DNA from: Prochlorococcus sp. AG-679-M23
GTDB taxonomy: Bacteria; Cyanobacteriota; Cyanobacteriia; PCC-6307; Cyanobiaceae
Reading direction: 5' to 3'
Assembly: GCA_003208875.1 (NCBI GenBank)
Contig: QCUR01000005.1
Coordinates: forward strand, 64,001 to 128,000
DNA: 64,000 nt
The notes beneath the pieces are model-generated. The model was not told the DNA's origin. It made no database searches and saw only the letters and a list, made by a program, of their open reading frames with translations. Positions 9,648 to 21,330 of the stretch are shown piece by piece. The position numbers and the translations under genes were made by a program. How positions within the stretch are numbered: the stretch's first letter is position 1; each line of letters begins with the position of its first letter.

Positions 9648-12224
9648 GTGATTACTTCTGAAAATACAGATAACAGAGCAACTAATTTATATAAACCATC
9701 TGATATAGAGGGTAAATGGCAGAAAATCTGGGAAGACGACAACTTATATAATACAGATGAGCAAGCAAGTAATAAAGAAAAATTTTATGCCTTATCCATG
9801 TTTCCCTACCCTTCAGGAAACCTTCATATGGGTCATGTGCGCAATTATGTAATAACAGACTTAATTGCACGATTTCAAAGATTTCAGGGCAAAGTAGTGT
9901 TACATCCGATGGGTTGGGACGCATTTGGTTTACCTGCTGAGAACGCGGCGATAGAAAGAGGAATAAATCCTGATAAGTGGACTAAACAAAATATCGCTCA
10001 TATGAAATCACAATTAAAATTATTAGGTCTTTCTGTTGATTGGGATAGAGAATTTGCCACTTGTGATGAAAATTATTACGTATGGACTCAATTTTTATTT
10101 TTGGAATTACATAAAGCTGGTCTTGTTTATCAAAAGGAGTCTGAGGTAAATTGGGATCCGATTGATAATACTGTTTTAGCCAATGAGCAGGTTGATTCAG
10201 AAGGTAAATCATGGAGATCTGGAGCGATAGTTGAAAAGAAACTTTTAACTCAATGGTTTTTAAAAATTACTGATTATGCAGAAGAGTTATTGCAAGATTT
10301 AGAAAAATTAAATGAGTGGCCTGAAAGAGTAAAGATAATGCAGGAAAATTGGATTGGTAAATCAATAGGTACAAATATAAATTTTAAAATAAAAGAATTT
10401 AAAAAGGAAAAAATACAAGTATTCACAACAAGACCTGATACTTTATTTGGGGTAACTTATTTAGCAATATCAGTTAATCATCCATTAATTAAAAAAATAT
10501 CTGATAATAAAATTTTAAGTAAACTAGAAAATTTAAAAATCTATTTACAAGAAAGTAAAGATAAAGATCAAAAAAAAATTGGTATTCCAACAAATTATAT
10601 AGCTATAAATCCAATAAATTCAAAGGAAATTCCTATCTGGATAGCAAGTTATGTTCTTGATGAATATGGAACTGGAGCTGTTATGGGAGTCCCAGCACAT
10701 GATGAAAGGGATTTTGAATATGCCAAAATCAATTCTATTGATATTAAACAAGTAATTATTAAGGATAAAGATAAAATTGCCAGCGAATTAACTAATGCTT
10801 TTACGGATAATGGTTTTTTAATTAACTCAAATAATTTTGATGGCTTAAATAATAGTGATGCCAAAAAACATATTTCAGAACATGGTGAACGAAATGGATG
10901 GGCTGAAAATAAAATTCAATTTCGTTTGAGAGATTGGTTAATTTCTAGGCAAAGATATTGGGGATGTCCAATTCCAATTATTAAGTGTACTAATTGTGGT
11001 TCTGTTCCAGTAAATAAAAAGGATATTCCAGTTAGATTACCAAATGAGATTAAAATATCCTCTAATAAAATTAATTCTCTAGGTAGTAATCAAAGTTGGA
11101 TTAATACTACATGTCCAAAATGCGGTAATTTGGCGAGTAGAGAAACGGATACTATGGACACCTTCATGTGTTCATCATGGTATTTTTTAAGATATCCTTC
11201 ATCAAAATCTTTAACAAAGCCATTCGAAAAAGAAAAAATTAATAAATGGTTACCTGTTGATCAATATGTTGGAGGTGTAGAGCATGCAATTTTACATTTG
11301 CTTTATGCAAGATTTCTTACCAAAGCCCTAAGGGACAATAATCTTTTTGATATTGATGAACCATTTAAAAGGCTCTTGACACAAGGTATGGTTCAATCTG
11401 CAGCTTATAAAAATTCCATAACTGGAAAATATATCTCTCCAACTGATATTAAAGATATAACTAATCCAAAAGATCCAAAAGACAATTCAAAACTTGAAGT
11501 TCTTTTTGAAAAAATGTCAAAGTCAAAATATAACGGTATAGATCCTGAATCTGTAATAAAAAAATATGGAGCAGATACAGCAAGAATGTTTATTTTATTT
11601 AAAGCCCCTCCTGAAAAAGACCTCGAATGGGGAGATTCTGATGTAGAAGGTCAATATAGATTTCTATGTAGAATATGGAAACTTTTCTTAGATTACAGTA
11701 ATAATGATATTACCCATGAAGCAGATAAACTTAAAAAAGAAAATGAAAGCTCATTATTAAAGTCTATAAATATTGCTATAAAAGAAATTTCTAATGATAT
11801 AAAAAACAATCAATTTAATACAGCAATATCAGAATTAATGAAGTTTTATAATTCAATATCCTCGAACTTAAATCATGTAAATAAAGACTTAAGAAGAGAA
11901 GCTCTTATGAAATTTTGTATATTATTAGCACCATTTGCTCCTCATATTTCCGATGAAATCTGGCATTTAATTGGTAATTCAAAATCTGTACACCTAGAAA
12001 AATGGCCAGTATTCGATGAAGATGCTCTTAAGGAAAATAGCTATGAATTAGTAATTCAAATAAATGGAAAAGTAAGAGATAAAATTAATGTAGAAATTAA
12101 TATTTCTGATGATGAAATTAAGGAAAAAACATTAATTAGACCTAATGTAAAAAAATGGATTGATAATAAAACAATCAGAAAAATAATAATTGTAAAAGGC
12201 AGAATTATAAATATTGTCGTTTAG
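9648..12224 (+). CDS. leuS: Leucine--tRNA ligase
   Basis: MFPYPSGNLHMGH (HIGH), CP1 editing motif TTRPDT, KMSKS. Confidence 0.98.
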   Translation: MITSENTDNRATNLYKPSDIEGKWQKIWEDDNLYNTDEQASNKEKFYALSMFPYPSGNLHMGHVRNYVITDLIARFQRFQGKVVLHPMGWDAFGLPAENAAIERGINPDKWTKQNIAHMKSQLKLLGLSVDWDREFATCDENYYVWTQFLFLELHKAGLVYQKESEVNWDPIDNTVLANEQVDSEGKSWRSGAIVEKKLLTQWFLKITDYAEELLQDLEKLNEWPERVKIMQENWIGKSIGTNINFKIKEFKKEKIQVFTTRPDTLFGVTYLAISVNHPLIKKISDNKILSKLENLKIYLQESKDKDQKKIGIPTNYIAINPINSKEIPIWIASYVLDEYGTGAVMGVPAHDERDFEYAKINSIDIKQVIIKDKDKIASELTNAFTDNGFLINSNNFDGLNNSDAKKHISEHGERNGWAENKIQFRLRDWLISRQRYWGCPIPIIKCTNCGSVPVNKKDIPVRLPNEIKISSNKINSLGSNQSWINTTCPKCGNLASRETDTMDTFMCSSWYFLRYPSSKSLTKPFEKEKINKWLPVDQYVGGVEHAILHLLYARFLTKALRDNNLFDIDEPFKRLLTQGMVQSAAYKNSITGKYISPTDIKDITNPKDPKDNSKLEVLFEKMSKSKYNGIDPESVIKKYGADTARMFILFKAPPEKDLEWGDSDVEGQYRFLCRIWKLFLDYSNNDITHEADKLKKENESSLLKSINIAIKEISNDIKNNQFNTAISELMKFYNSISSNLNHVNKDLRREALMKFCILLAPFAPHISDEIWHLIGNSKSVHLEKWPVFDEDALKENSYELVIQINGKVRDKINVEINISDDEIKEKTLIRPNVKKWIDNKTIRKIIIVKGRIINIVV

Positions 12225-12226
12225 TA

Positions 12227-13807
12227 TTAACTAATTTTTTTAATTCTTATTGTACTTGGGTTAGACCAGTCTCCAGTTATAAGATAGTCATCATTACCAA
12301 AACACATCTGACGAATTATAAAAAATATTGGCTCAGCTGATGAATTTCCAACAAGAGAAGCAATTTCTTTGATTGACAATTCTTCGCCATTATTAAATAT
12401 TTCTGTTACTTGTTTTTGATAATCAATTATTTCTGCGGCTGCTTTTTTACCAGCTTCTACACCAGGTTGATCATAAGCATTTATATCAACTAATTCTGCG
12501 TAAAAAGAAACAGCACGCTCAAATAGAGCAATTAAGGCACCTAGCGTTAAACAATTTAACTTATCCAAGGTGATTGTTATGCTTTGCCTATTTTCGTTTG
12601 ATAGTGCAGATCTTGTACCTTGTAAAAATCCTGATAAAAATTCTTTAGGATTTTCAGAGTCAAAATAGTAATTACTATTAGGGGTATCAAGTAACTCTAT
12701 AAAAACACAAAAGAAATTATCAATACCATCTCTTAACTGTTGAACATATGCATGTTGATCAGTAGAGCCTTTATTACCAAAAACAGATATTCCTTGATGT
12801 ACGATTTCACCCTTCCTATTAAACTTTTTACCTAGAGACTCCATAACTAATTGTTGAAGATATTTACTAAATACTTGTAACCTGTCTCTATAAGGTAATA
12901 CAACCATATCTCTCTTACCTATTCCATCACCCGAAAAAAACCATGCTGATGATAGTAAAGCAGCAGGATTGTCTTTAATATTAGGTATCCGTGTTAAGTC
13001 ATCCATTATTGCTGCACCTTTAATAAATTCAGAAACATCTCGATTAATAAGAGCTAAAGGAAGCAGGCCAACTGAGCTAGTAATACTGGTTCTGCCGCCA
13101 ACCCAATCAGGAAGATTAAATATTTTCAACCAATTCTCAAGTTGTGCTTTTTTATATAATTGACTATCTTTCATTGTTATTGCTATTGCGTTTGAGTTCC
13201 AGTCTAAATTTTTATTTTCTACATGCTTTTTAATTATATTCATTGCTATTTTTGGTTCAGGTGTTCCACCTGACTTACTTACAACAACAAATAATGTAGT
13301 AGCCAATTTATCATCTAATTCATCTAATTTCTCACTTATTAAAAATGGATCAATATTATCAATGTATGAAAAATTCAATCCACAAGAATTCTTTTGTAAG
13401 GCTTCAGTTATTAATAATGGACCTAAACCGCTTCCTCCAATACCTATCCATAAAACGTTAGTAAATTTTTGATTTTTATTATTGGTGATTTTACCCTCTA
13501 ATATATTTTCTCCAAATTCTGAAATATCTCTAATCTCATTATTGATTGCATCCTTTATAAGATTACTTGGAGCAACAGATGGATTTCTTAACCAATAATG
13601 TCCAACTTGTCTTTTCTCATCAATATTTGAAATCGCGCCAGCTTCTAATTCTTTAAGGGCTGAAAAAACGTTTTTAAATTTATTTTCTAAAGATGATATT
13701 TGGTCGAGAGTAAAATTTATTTTGCTGATATCTAACCATATATTTACTTGTTTATCAAACCAAAGGTAGTTGCAATATTTATCCCATGAATTAAAGTCAT
13801 TATTCAT
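12227..13807 (-). CDS. pgi: Glucose-6-phosphate isomerase
   Basis: [33 protein letters not shown] and DQPGVEAGK motifs. Confidence 0.97.
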   Translation of the reverse strand: MNNDFNSWDKYCNYLWFDKQVNIWLDISKINFTLDQISSLENKFKNVFSALKELEAGAISNIDEKRQVGHYWLRNPSVAPSNLIKDAINNEIRDISEFGENILEGKITNNKNQKFTNVLWIGIGGSGLGPLLITEALQKNSCGLNFSYIDNIDPFLISEKLDELDDKLATTLFVVVSKSGGTPEPKIAMNIIKKHVENKNLDWNSNAIAITMKDSQLYKKAQLENWLKIFNLPDWVGGRTSITSSVGLLPLALINRDVSEFIKGAAIMDDLTRIPNIKDNPAALLSSAWFFSGDGIGKRDMVVLPYRDRLQVFSKYLQQLVMESLGKKFNRKGEIVHQGISVFGNKGSTDQHAYVQQLRDGIDNFFCVFIELLDTPNSNYYFDSENPKEFLSGFLQGTRSALSNENRQSITITLDKLNCLTLGALIALFERAVSFYAELVDINAYDQPGVEAGKKAAAEIIDYQKQVTEIFNNGEELSIKEIASLVGNSSAEPIFFIIRQMCFGNDDYLITGDWSNPSTIRIKKIS

Positions 13808-13989
13808 TTTATATTTTGACTATTTTCTTACTTTGTTTATTATATCTAGTTTATTCTTCGTAAATACTAATCATTTCAATTTATTTAGTTATATTATTTT
13901 TAGATCATAATGTTTGTGAATTTTAATAAATACTATTAGGGGTTTTTTTTATTTATATCTGATTTATTATTCAATAAAAATATCAGCTT

Positions 13990-14646
13990 TTGGATAAATC
14001 ATTCAATTATTTAATTTCACCTGAAATTTCACAACTTAGAGAATTTTCACCAAAATTAAAAATAGCAATTTTAGCTTCAGGTGAAGGATCAAATTTTCAA
14101 GAATTAATTGATCTCTCCAATTCAAATAAATTTGATATAGATATTAAGATTTTAATTACAAACAAATCAGAGGCTGGCTGTATATCAAGAGCTAAAAACT
14201 CTAATATCTCTTATAAGGTAATTAAAAGTTCTGATTATGAAAATAAGGATTATTTTGAGGATGAAATTATTAATACAATAAAAAAACAGGATATAGAACT
14301 TGTTGTTATGGCGGGTTGGATGAAAATTATGTCATCAAAATTTGTTAATGAATTTAAGAATAAAATAATAAATATTCATCCATCATTACTTCCTTCTTTT
14401 AAAGGAAGTAATGCAATTAAAGAAGCTATAACAAATGATGCCAAGATCACAGGTTGTTCAGTACATTTTGTAGAACCAGAGGTTGATAGTGGTCCCTTAA
14501 TTATGCAAGCAGCATTAGCTATTTCGGATAAGGATAATTTAGAGACAATAACTCAGAAATTACATATATTGGAACATAAAATATTACCACTCTCAATTTC
14601 TCAGGCTGGATATATTATCCGGAATAAATTTATGGGTAATGATTAA
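13990..14646 (+). CDS. purN: Phosphoribosylglycinamide formyltransferase
   Basis: ASGEGSNF, NIHPSLLP and GCSVHFVEPEVDSGP motifs. Confidence 0.95.
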   Translation: MDKSFNYLISPEISQLREFSPKLKIAILASGEGSNFQELIDLSNSNKFDIDIKILITNKSEAGCISRAKNSNISYKVIKSSDYENKDYFEDEIINTIKKQDIELVVMAGWMKIMSSKFVNEFKNKIINIHPSLLPSFKGSNAIKEAITNDAKITGCSVHFVEPEVDSGPLIMQAALAISDKDNLETITQKLHILEHKILPLSISQAGYIIRNKFMGND

Positions 14647-15685
14647 TCATTTCTAACCCATTATTTATTGGCAATCCAGATATTAGATTAAGATTTTGTA
14701 TGGCTTGCCCTGTTTGTCCTTTAATTAAATTATCTATTACTGATAAAATAATTACTCTTCCATTTCTAGTATCAACTTTGACAGAGAGATGGATTTCATT
14801 TGTATTCTTAACCCACTTGGTGGAAGGATAAATATCAACTGGTAATACTCGAATATGCGAGTGGTTTCTATAATAATTTTCTAATATAATCCTACAATCA
14901 GAAGAAGTTAAACCTGGATCCCGTAATCTTCCATATATTGTCGAATGCATACCTCTTGTCATTGGTATTAAATGAGGAGTAAATAGTAGTTCAATATCAT
15001 TACCAGAAATAAAACTTGCAATTTGTTCTATTTCTGAAGTATGTCTATGATTTATTAGTCCATAGGCAGACAGACCATCTCCACATTCAGAGAATAATAA
15101 TTTTTGATGTGGTTCTCTGCCTCCACCTGATGTACCACTTTTTGAATCTATTACTATACCTTCATTATCAATAATCCCTTGGGATAAGAATGGACTAAGA
15201 GGAATAAGAGCAGATGTTGGGTAACATCCAGGGCAGGCGATTAATCTTGCTTTAGATATGTCATTGAAATTAATTTCAGGAAGACCATAAACTGCTTCCT
15301 TACATAGGTCATCGTCATCTCTCTTATATTTTTTCGCTTCATTAGAGTATATATTTTTCCATTGATCAAGAGACTTATACCTATAATCGGCTGATAAATC
15401 AATTACTTTTACTCCTTTGTCTAATAAACCTCTTGTTAATGTAGATGAAATTCCACTAGGCAAGCAAAGTAAAGCCACATTAGCTTTATCGGCGATTCTA
15501 TCTATTGATATTTTTTCAATTAAATTGTCAGACTCTAAATTTATGAATGGAAAATTATCGCTCCATTTTGTTCCGGAAGATTTATTACCTCCTAAATAAG
15601 AAATTTTATAATTTTTATTATTCTTTAATAGATTTACTGCTTGTATTCCCCCGTAACCAGTGGCACCAACTATTGCAACATTCAT
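14630..15685 (-). CDS. argC: N-acetyl-gamma-glutamyl-phosphate reductase
   Basis: GATGYGG, DLSADYR, PGCYPT and DNLIKG motifs. Confidence 0.97.
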   Translation of the reverse strand: MNVAIVGATGYGGIQAVNLLKNNKNYKISYLGGNKSSGTKWSDNFPFINLESDNLIEKISIDRIADKANVALLCLPSGISSTLTRGLLDKGVKVIDLSADYRYKSLDQWKNIYSNEAKKYKRDDDDLCKEAVYGLPEINFNDISKARLIACPGCYPTSALIPLSPFLSQGIIDNEGIVIDSKSGTSGGGREPHQKLLFSECGDGLSAYGLINHRHTSEIEQIASFISGNDIELLFTPHLIPMTRGMHSTIYGRLRDPGLTSSDCRIILENYYRNHSHIRVLPVDIYPSTKWVKNTNEIHLSVKVDTRNGRVIILSVIDNLIKGQTGQAIQNLNLISGLPINNGLEMINHYP

Positions 15686-15773
15686 TTCTCTTTATTGGCA
15701 GACTTTAAGATAGGATTATAAGTGTTGACAAAAATAATAATTTAAACACTTTTTTCTATATTGAATAGTAATA

Positions 15774-17507
15774 ATGAAAGAAACAAGTCCCAAATCAAAT
15801 AATGGAACAATTGTGGATAATAACGAAAATTTTAATATAGAATTTGATCCCATAAGCGATGCATTAGCTGCCATAAGAAATGGAGAATGCATAATTGTTG
15901 TTGATGATGAGAGAAGAGAAAATGAAGGAGATTTAATTTGTGCGGCTCAGTTTGCAACTCCTCAACAAATTAATTTTATGGCAACAGAGGGTAGAGGTTT
16001 AATATGTTTAGCGATGCAAGGAGAGAAGTTAGATGCCCTAGATCTCCCTTTAATGGTTGATAGGAATACAGATGAAAATCAAACTGCATTTACTATTTCA
16101 ATTGATGCAGGTCCTGAGAATAACGTAACTACTGGAATATCAGCAGAGGATAGAGCTAAAACTATCCAAGTTGCAATAAATCCTTCAACTAAGCCTGAAG
16201 ATTTAAGAAGACCAGGACATATATTTCCACTAAGAGCAAAAAAGGGAGGAGTATTAAAAAGAGCTGGACATACCGAAGCCGCTGTAGACATTGCTGCTAT
16301 GTCTGGTCTTTATCCTGCCGGTGTGATTTGTGAAATTCAAAATCCAGATGGCTCAATGTCAAGACTTCCCCAACTTAAGCAATATGCAAAAGAATGGGGA
16401 ATGAAGCTAATATCCATTGCAGACCTAATCAGTTATAGATTTCAAAACGAAAGATTTGTTTATAGAAAATCTGATGCAATACTTCCAAGTATTTTCGGTA
16501 ATTTTAAGGCATATGGATACAAAAATGAACTTGACGGTTCTGAACATATTGCACTAGTAAAGCAAAAGTCAAATAAATTAAGTGAACCAGTATTAGTAAG
16601 AATGCATTCTGAATGTTTAACCGGTGATGCTTTTGGATCACTACGTTGTGATTGTAGACCCCAGTTAGAGGCTGCGTTAGCAAGGATTGAGAAAGAAGAA
16701 GAGGGTGTGGTTGTTTATTTAAGACAAGAAGGAAGAGGTATTGGTTTGATTAATAAATTAAAAGCATATAGTTTACAAGATGGTGGTTTGGATACTGTAG
16801 AAGCAAATGAAAAATTGGGTTTCCCTGCAGACCTAAGAAATTATGGAGTTGGTGCACAAATATTAACTGACCTTGGGATCAAAAAGTTAAAACTACTTAC
16901 AAATAATCCTAGAAAAATTGCTGGATTAGGTGGATATGGAATAGAAGTTACTGAGAGAGTCCCATTAGTGATATGTCCTGGAGAGCATAATTCTGAATAT
17001 CTAAATGTAAAGAGACAAAAACTTGGACATATGTTAGAAGAAGAAAAATTAAATTCTATAGATATAGATCCTTATATTGCAATTTTCCTTGATGGTGACT
17101 ATAAATCAATAGATTTAGTTCCTATTAAAAATAAAATAATTGAATTCTGCGAAATAAATAAAATAAATATTATGTTAGAAAGCTCTCCTAGACTATTAGC
17201 TTTTTGGAATAGACCTAAATTAGTATGGAAAATAGTACATGACAAAACCAGAGAAGATTTCACTATTAATGATAATGAAATTAATAAGATTGAAATCTTT
17301 ATTCAATTTTTATCGGAATATAATAAAAGTTCAAAAGTTGGAATTATCGTATCAAAAAATATTCAACAGGCTTTACATCCAAAAAACAATATTAAATTAA
17401 AAAATACCAATTTTTCACTAAAAAATGAAGAATTGTACTCATCCACTAGGAAATTTAATCTCGATAAAGAAACGTTTAGTATTATTTTTGATAAAAAATT
17501 ATCTTAA
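15774..17507 (+). CDS. ribBA: Bifunctional DHBP synthase / GTP cyclohydrolase II with C-terminal extension
   Basis: [30 protein letters not shown] and EGRGIGL motifs. Confidence 0.96.
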   Translation: MKETSPKSNNGTIVDNNENFNIEFDPISDALAAIRNGECIIVVDDERRENEGDLICAAQFATPQQINFMATEGRGLICLAMQGEKLDALDLPLMVDRNTDENQTAFTISIDAGPENNVTTGISAEDRAKTIQVAINPSTKPEDLRRPGHIFPLRAKKGGVLKRAGHTEAAVDIAAMSGLYPAGVICEIQNPDGSMSRLPQLKQYAKEWGMKLISIADLISYRFQNERFVYRKSDAILPSIFGNFKAYGYKNELDGSEHIALVKQKSNKLSEPVLVRMHSECLTGDAFGSLRCDCRPQLEAALARIEKEEEGVVVYLRQEGRGIGLINKLKAYSLQDGGLDTVEANEKLGFPADLRNYGVGAQILTDLGIKKLKLLTNNPRKIAGLGGYGIEVTERVPLVICPGEHNSEYLNVKRQKLGHMLEEEKLNSIDIDPYIAIFLDGDYKSIDLVPIKNKIIEFCEINKINIMLESSPRLLAFWNRPKLVWKIVHDKTREDFTINDNEINKIEIFIQFLSEYNKSSKVGIIVSKNIQQALHPKNNIKLKNTNFSLKNEELYSSTRKFNLDKETFSIIFDKKLS

Positions 17508-17941
17508 ACTAAACTGGCTTTAATAATTTTTGAGCCGTTTGTTAGTTTTAAAACAATATCCATATCATCTGTTTTTCCAAAGACAGTATGTACTCCATCC
17601 AAATGAGGTTGTGCCTCATAAACTATAAAAAATTGACTTCCACCTGTATTTTTTCCTGCATGAGCCATTGATAGCGAGCCTTTTAGATGTTTATTAGAAT
17701 TGATTTCACAATTAATTTTATATCCTGGTCCACCTGTTCCAGGCATGCCTGAAGATCCAGCACGTGTATTAGGGCAACCACCTTGAGCCATAAAACCTGG
17801 TATGACACGATGAAAGGCCAATCCATCATAAAAACCTTCACTAATTAGTTTTGTGAAATTATTAACTGTATTAGGTGCATCATTAGAAAATAATTCAATA
17901 TTTATATTTCCTGCATCAGTTTCAAATAAAGCTTTTGTCAT
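17504..17941 (-). CDS. Cyclophilin-type peptidyl-prolyl cis-trans isomerase
   Basis: [28 protein letters not shown] and [10 protein letters not shown] motifs. Confidence 0.95.
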   Translation of the reverse strand: MTKALFETDAGNINIELFSNDAPNTVNNFTKLISEGFYDGLAFHRVIPGFMAQGGCPNTRAGSSGMPGTGGPGYKINCEINSNKHLKGSLSMAHAGKNTGGSQFFIVYEAQPHLDGVHTVFGKTDDMDIVLKLTNGSKIIKASLV

Positions 17942-17977
17942 TGTGAGTTTAATTAACTTTAATTTTTATTTTAAACC

Positions 17978-18370
17978 TTAGAGAAGCTTTTCAAGATTCT
18001 CCTTAATGGAATTTAAATCTATATTTTCATCTATATTTTCTTCTTTACTCTCTTCTTCGTTCCAAGTCTCCACTTCTAAATTTTTTTGAGGAGGAGAAAT
18101 TAGTAATCTATCCTCTGCTGTCTTTGGCACAAAATTTTTCTCAACTAATTTACATTCATAATCTAGTTTTGTACAAAAATCTCTAATTTCATCTATCGAA
18201 ACTATTTCTACTGTAGGCAATGGGAAATCCTGAGCCTCTAAAAGTCCACAGTAACGTTCCGCATCATCTTTTTCTTCAAACATTAGAACTATAGTCCTAC
18301 CTTTTAACTCTATTGAATGTATTCCTTCTTTCTCTGTACCAAAATTATAAAGTAAAACATAAATATTCAT
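17978..18370 (-). CDS. Conserved cyanobacterial protein (DUF3110-like)
   Basis: EGIHS and VLMFEEKDDAERYCGLLEAQDFP patterns; lies downstream of dnaK3-dnaJ. Confidence 0.75.
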   Translation of the reverse strand: MNIYVLLYNFGTEKEGIHSIELKGRTIVLMFEEKDDAERYCGLLEAQDFPLPTVEIVSIDEIRDFCTKLDYECKLVEKNFVPKTAEDRLLISPPQKNLEVETWNEEESKEENIDENIDLNSIKENLEKLL

Positions 18371-18404
18371 AAAAACTTTTTTAAAATTATTATATATTAT
18401 TTAA

Positions 18405-19349
18405 CTATTCATCTGATAGTGATAATTCTTGAAGTCTGGTATATAAAGCTATTTCCTCATCATTTATGTCAGCAGGAATAACAACCAGGATTTCAACAAA
18501 CTGATCTCCAATATTATCTCCAAAACTCAAGCCTCGACCCTTAAGTCTTAACAATCTTCCAGTTGAAGACTTTGGAGGTACTTGAAGAGTTACATTTCCA
18601 TCAAGAGTAGGAACTTCTACTGCACATCCAAGAAGGGCGTCGGGGGGAAATAACTCTAATTTATAAAGAACACGTAGACCATCTATTCGAAGTCCATTTT
18701 CAGTTTGGACTTTTAATTGTAAATAATGATCTTTTCCACCTTTAGCAATATTTTCTAATCTCAATCTCCAACCATCTCCTGCGAATGGGGGAGTATCAAC
18801 TTCTACAACAGTTTGATCTTCTAATTCTATTAATACAGAAGCCCCACTAAGTGCTTCATCCGGGGTTAATTCGATAATAGTTTCGATATCTTGATAAAGT
18901 TTTACGGGTGGTGGTTCTTCTGGAGATCTTGCTGGATAGTCGTAACTATTAAACTCTTCTTCATTAAATATTTCATCAGGCTTTTCATCTTCATAAAAAT
19001 CAGAAGATTTGTCATCATAGCTTTCGTTATCTAATTCAGATTCGTATTCAAATCCAAATAGAGAATTGAGATAATCTTTAAATTCAGGAAAACCTGTCCT
19101 GTAGTTTTTAAAATTTTCTTCATTAGAGGCATTAGAATCTTTAGATTTAACTCGTCTGGCAGGATCACGTAAGAATTCGTAAGCTTCATTAATTAATTTA
19201 AATCTATCCTCAGCATTGATATCATTTTTATTTAAATCGGGATGCCATTTTCTTGCTTCTCTACGAAAAGCTTTTTTAAGTTCAATTTCGTCGAATTCAG
19301 AGGATAAACCTAAAATCGACAAATAGTCTTTTTTAGAGGAAGTAGTCAT
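18405..19349 (-). CDS. dnaJ: DnaJ-class co-chaperone lacking the zinc finger (J domain plus DnaJ C-terminal domain)
   Basis: J domain with WHPD; no CxxCxGxG repeats; C-terminal VEVPTLDG..LRLKGRG. ATG at 19349 overlaps the dnaK 3' end. Confidence 0.85.
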   Translation of the reverse strand: MTTSSKKDYLSILGLSSEFDEIELKKAFRREARKWHPDLNKNDINAEDRFKLINEAYEFLRDPARRVKSKDSNASNEENFKNYRTGFPEFKDYLNSLFGFEYESELDNESYDDKSSDFYEDEKPDEIFNEEEFNSYDYPARSPEEPPPVKLYQDIETIIELTPDEALSGASVLIELEDQTVVEVDTPPFAGDGWRLRLENIAKGGKDHYLQLKVQTENGLRIDGLRVLYKLELFPPDALLGCAVEVPTLDGNVTLQVPPKSSTGRLLRLKGRGLSFGDNIGDQFVEILVVIPADINDEEIALYTRLQELSLSDE

Positions 19350-21330
19350 TGTCCCATGGATCGTCATCCCTAGAGTTACCATACCTTGAATTCCTAGAAT
19401 TACTATTCATTTGATTGTCCCAAGGATCATCATCCCAGTAATCATCTGAAAATAATTCATCTTTTAAAGAGCCAAAGGTATTTTTAATTCCTTGTAGAGG
19501 ATTACTATCAACTTTCTTCTCAGCAGCAAATTTTCTATTTAAGCCAAAAAGGGCTTCTTGCAATGAACTTACAGAAATTTCTAATTCTTGAGGATCATCA
19601 TCATCTATAAATTCTTCAACATCCTGAATTGCAAGCTCTACCGCCCTCTGTTGTCGCTCTGCTCCATATGGTCCAAATTCTAATGAAGCGTCTCTTAATC
19701 TTCTTTCGGCTTGAGCAATTAGTGTAAGTGCATTATTTTTCCTATCAATTACTGATCTTTTCATCCTATCTTCTGTTGCTTTTGACTTGGCTTCAGCGAT
19801 CATCATATTAATTTCTTGTTCATTTAAATTCGAACCTCCAGAAATACTTACTGTTTGTTTTCTACCTGTAGTTCTATCAGTCGCACTGACTTCTAACAAT
19901 CCATTTGCGTCAATATCGAAAGCAACTTGTACTTGGGGAATCCCTCTAGGTGCGGGAGGTATACCTGACAATCTAAATTTTCCTAATGATTTGTTTTCTG
20001 AAGCCAGTGGTCTCTCGCCTTGTCTAACTTGCACAACTACTGACGATTGATTAGATTCCGAAGTACTAAAAACATCTGATTGCCTTACTGGTATTGGGGT
20101 ATTACGTGGAATAAGAACCTTCATAAGTCCTCCAATAGTTTCTAATCCTAAGGATAAAGGAGTTACATCATTTAAAAGTAAATCACGTAAATCTCCACTA
20201 ATTATTCCAGATTGTATTGCAGCACCAATTGCAACAACTTCATCAGGGTTTACAGATTGACATGGCTCATTAGGAACAAGAGTTTTAACTAATTGTTGAA
20301 CCATTGGTATACGAGTACTTCCACCAACAAGGACGACTTCATCAATTTCTTCAGCATCCCAACCAGAATCTTCTAAAGCAATTTGAACAGGTTCAAGCAA
20401 TCTATCGAGAAGATCATCAGATAACGATTCAAATAATTTCCTATCGAATTCCTCTTCAATATGTAATGGTCCAGCTTCACTTGTAGTTATAAAAGGTAAG
20501 GAAATTTTAGTTTTTTGTAGTCCTGACAATTCACATTTAGCCTTCTCAGCAGCTTCTGTAAGTCTTTGAAGAGCTTGCCTATCTCGTCTTAAATCAATCT
20601 TATGTTTCTCAAGAAATCGTTCAGCAATCCAATCTACTATTTTGGAATCAAAATTATTACCTCCAAGTTGAGTATCTCCACAGGTCGCTTTTACATCAAA
20701 AACACCATTAGATATCCTTAACAAAGAAACATCAAAAGTCCCTCCACCTAAATCAAAAACTAGTACGTTATTGGAAGAGCTTTTTTCAAAACCATAGGCT
20801 AATGCCGCTGCTGTTGGTTCATTTAAAATTCTATCAACTTTTATCCCAGCTAACACGGCAGAATCCTTTGTAGCTTGCCTCTGAGACTCGTTAAAATAGG
20901 CAGGTACAGTAATTACGGCAGAATCAATCGTATCTCCTAAATAAGTTTCTGCATCATTAATTAATTTTCTTATTATCGAACTTATTAACTCTTCAGGGGC
21001 ATACTCTCGCTCTGTAAATGGACTTAGAATTCTAACACTACCTCTATCATTAGATTTAACATTATACGGAACAGAAATACTTGTTTCATCAAGTTCATCC
21101 CAATCTCGTCCGATGAATCTTTTTAAGTTATAAAATGTATTTTTAGGATTTAAAACAAGTTGCCTTCGAGCCTGATCACCAATAACAATTTCGGAGTTTT
21201 TAGTGAATCCAACTATCGAAGGGGTTGTTCTTGTACCCTCTGAATTTGCAATTACAACGGGGCGGCCAGCCTCTATAACTCCTACAACGGAGTTAGTAGT
21301 ACCTAAATCAATCCCAACTATTTGCCCCAT
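19333..21330 (-). CDS. dnaK: Hsp70 chaperone DnaK (cyanobacterial DnaK3 type)
   Basis: GIDLGTTNS, DLGGGTFDVS and GGSTRIP motifs; acidic-aromatic tail DDYWDDDPWD...DDDPWDNDYFL; coupled to dnaJ. Confidence 0.96.
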   Translation of the reverse strand: MGQIVGIDLGTTNSVVGVIEAGRPVVIANSEGTRTTPSIVGFTKNSEIVIGDQARRQLVLNPKNTFYNLKRFIGRDWDELDETSISVPYNVKSNDRGSVRILSPFTEREYAPEELISSIIRKLINDAETYLGDTIDSAVITVPAYFNESQRQATKDSAVLAGIKVDRILNEPTAAALAYGFEKSSSNNVLVFDLGGGTFDVSLLRISNGVFDVKATCGDTQLGGNNFDSKIVDWIAERFLEKHKIDLRRDRQALQRLTEAAEKAKCELSGLQKTKISLPFITTSEAGPLHIEEEFDRKLFESLSDDLLDRLLEPVQIALEDSGWDAEEIDEVVLVGGSTRIPMVQQLVKTLVPNEPCQSVNPDEVVAIGAAIQSGIISGDLRDLLLNDVTPLSLGLETIGGLMKVLIPRNTPIPVRQSDVFSTSESNQSSVVVQVRQGERPLASENKSLGKFRLSGIPPAPRGIPQVQVAFDIDANGLLEVSATDRTTGRKQTVSISGGSNLNEQEINMMIAEAKSKATEDRMKRSVIDRKNNALTLIAQAERRLRDASLEFGPYGAERQQRAVELAIQDVEEFIDDDDPQELEISVSSLQEALFGLNRKFAAEKKVDSNPLQGIKNTFGSLKDELFSDDYWDDDPWDNQMNSNSRNSRYGNSRDDDPWDNDYFL

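Noticed and set aside
13770..13910. 46-codon hydrophobic TTG-initiated frame in the pgi/purN spacer
   Set aside because: It overlaps the pgi start on the opposite strand and has no SD; the hydrophobicity simply reflects T-rich DNA.
19350..19382. Extended dnaJ start (MVTLGMTIHG)
   Set aside because: It lies inside the dnaK coding tail; the J domain starts right after the ATG at 19349.
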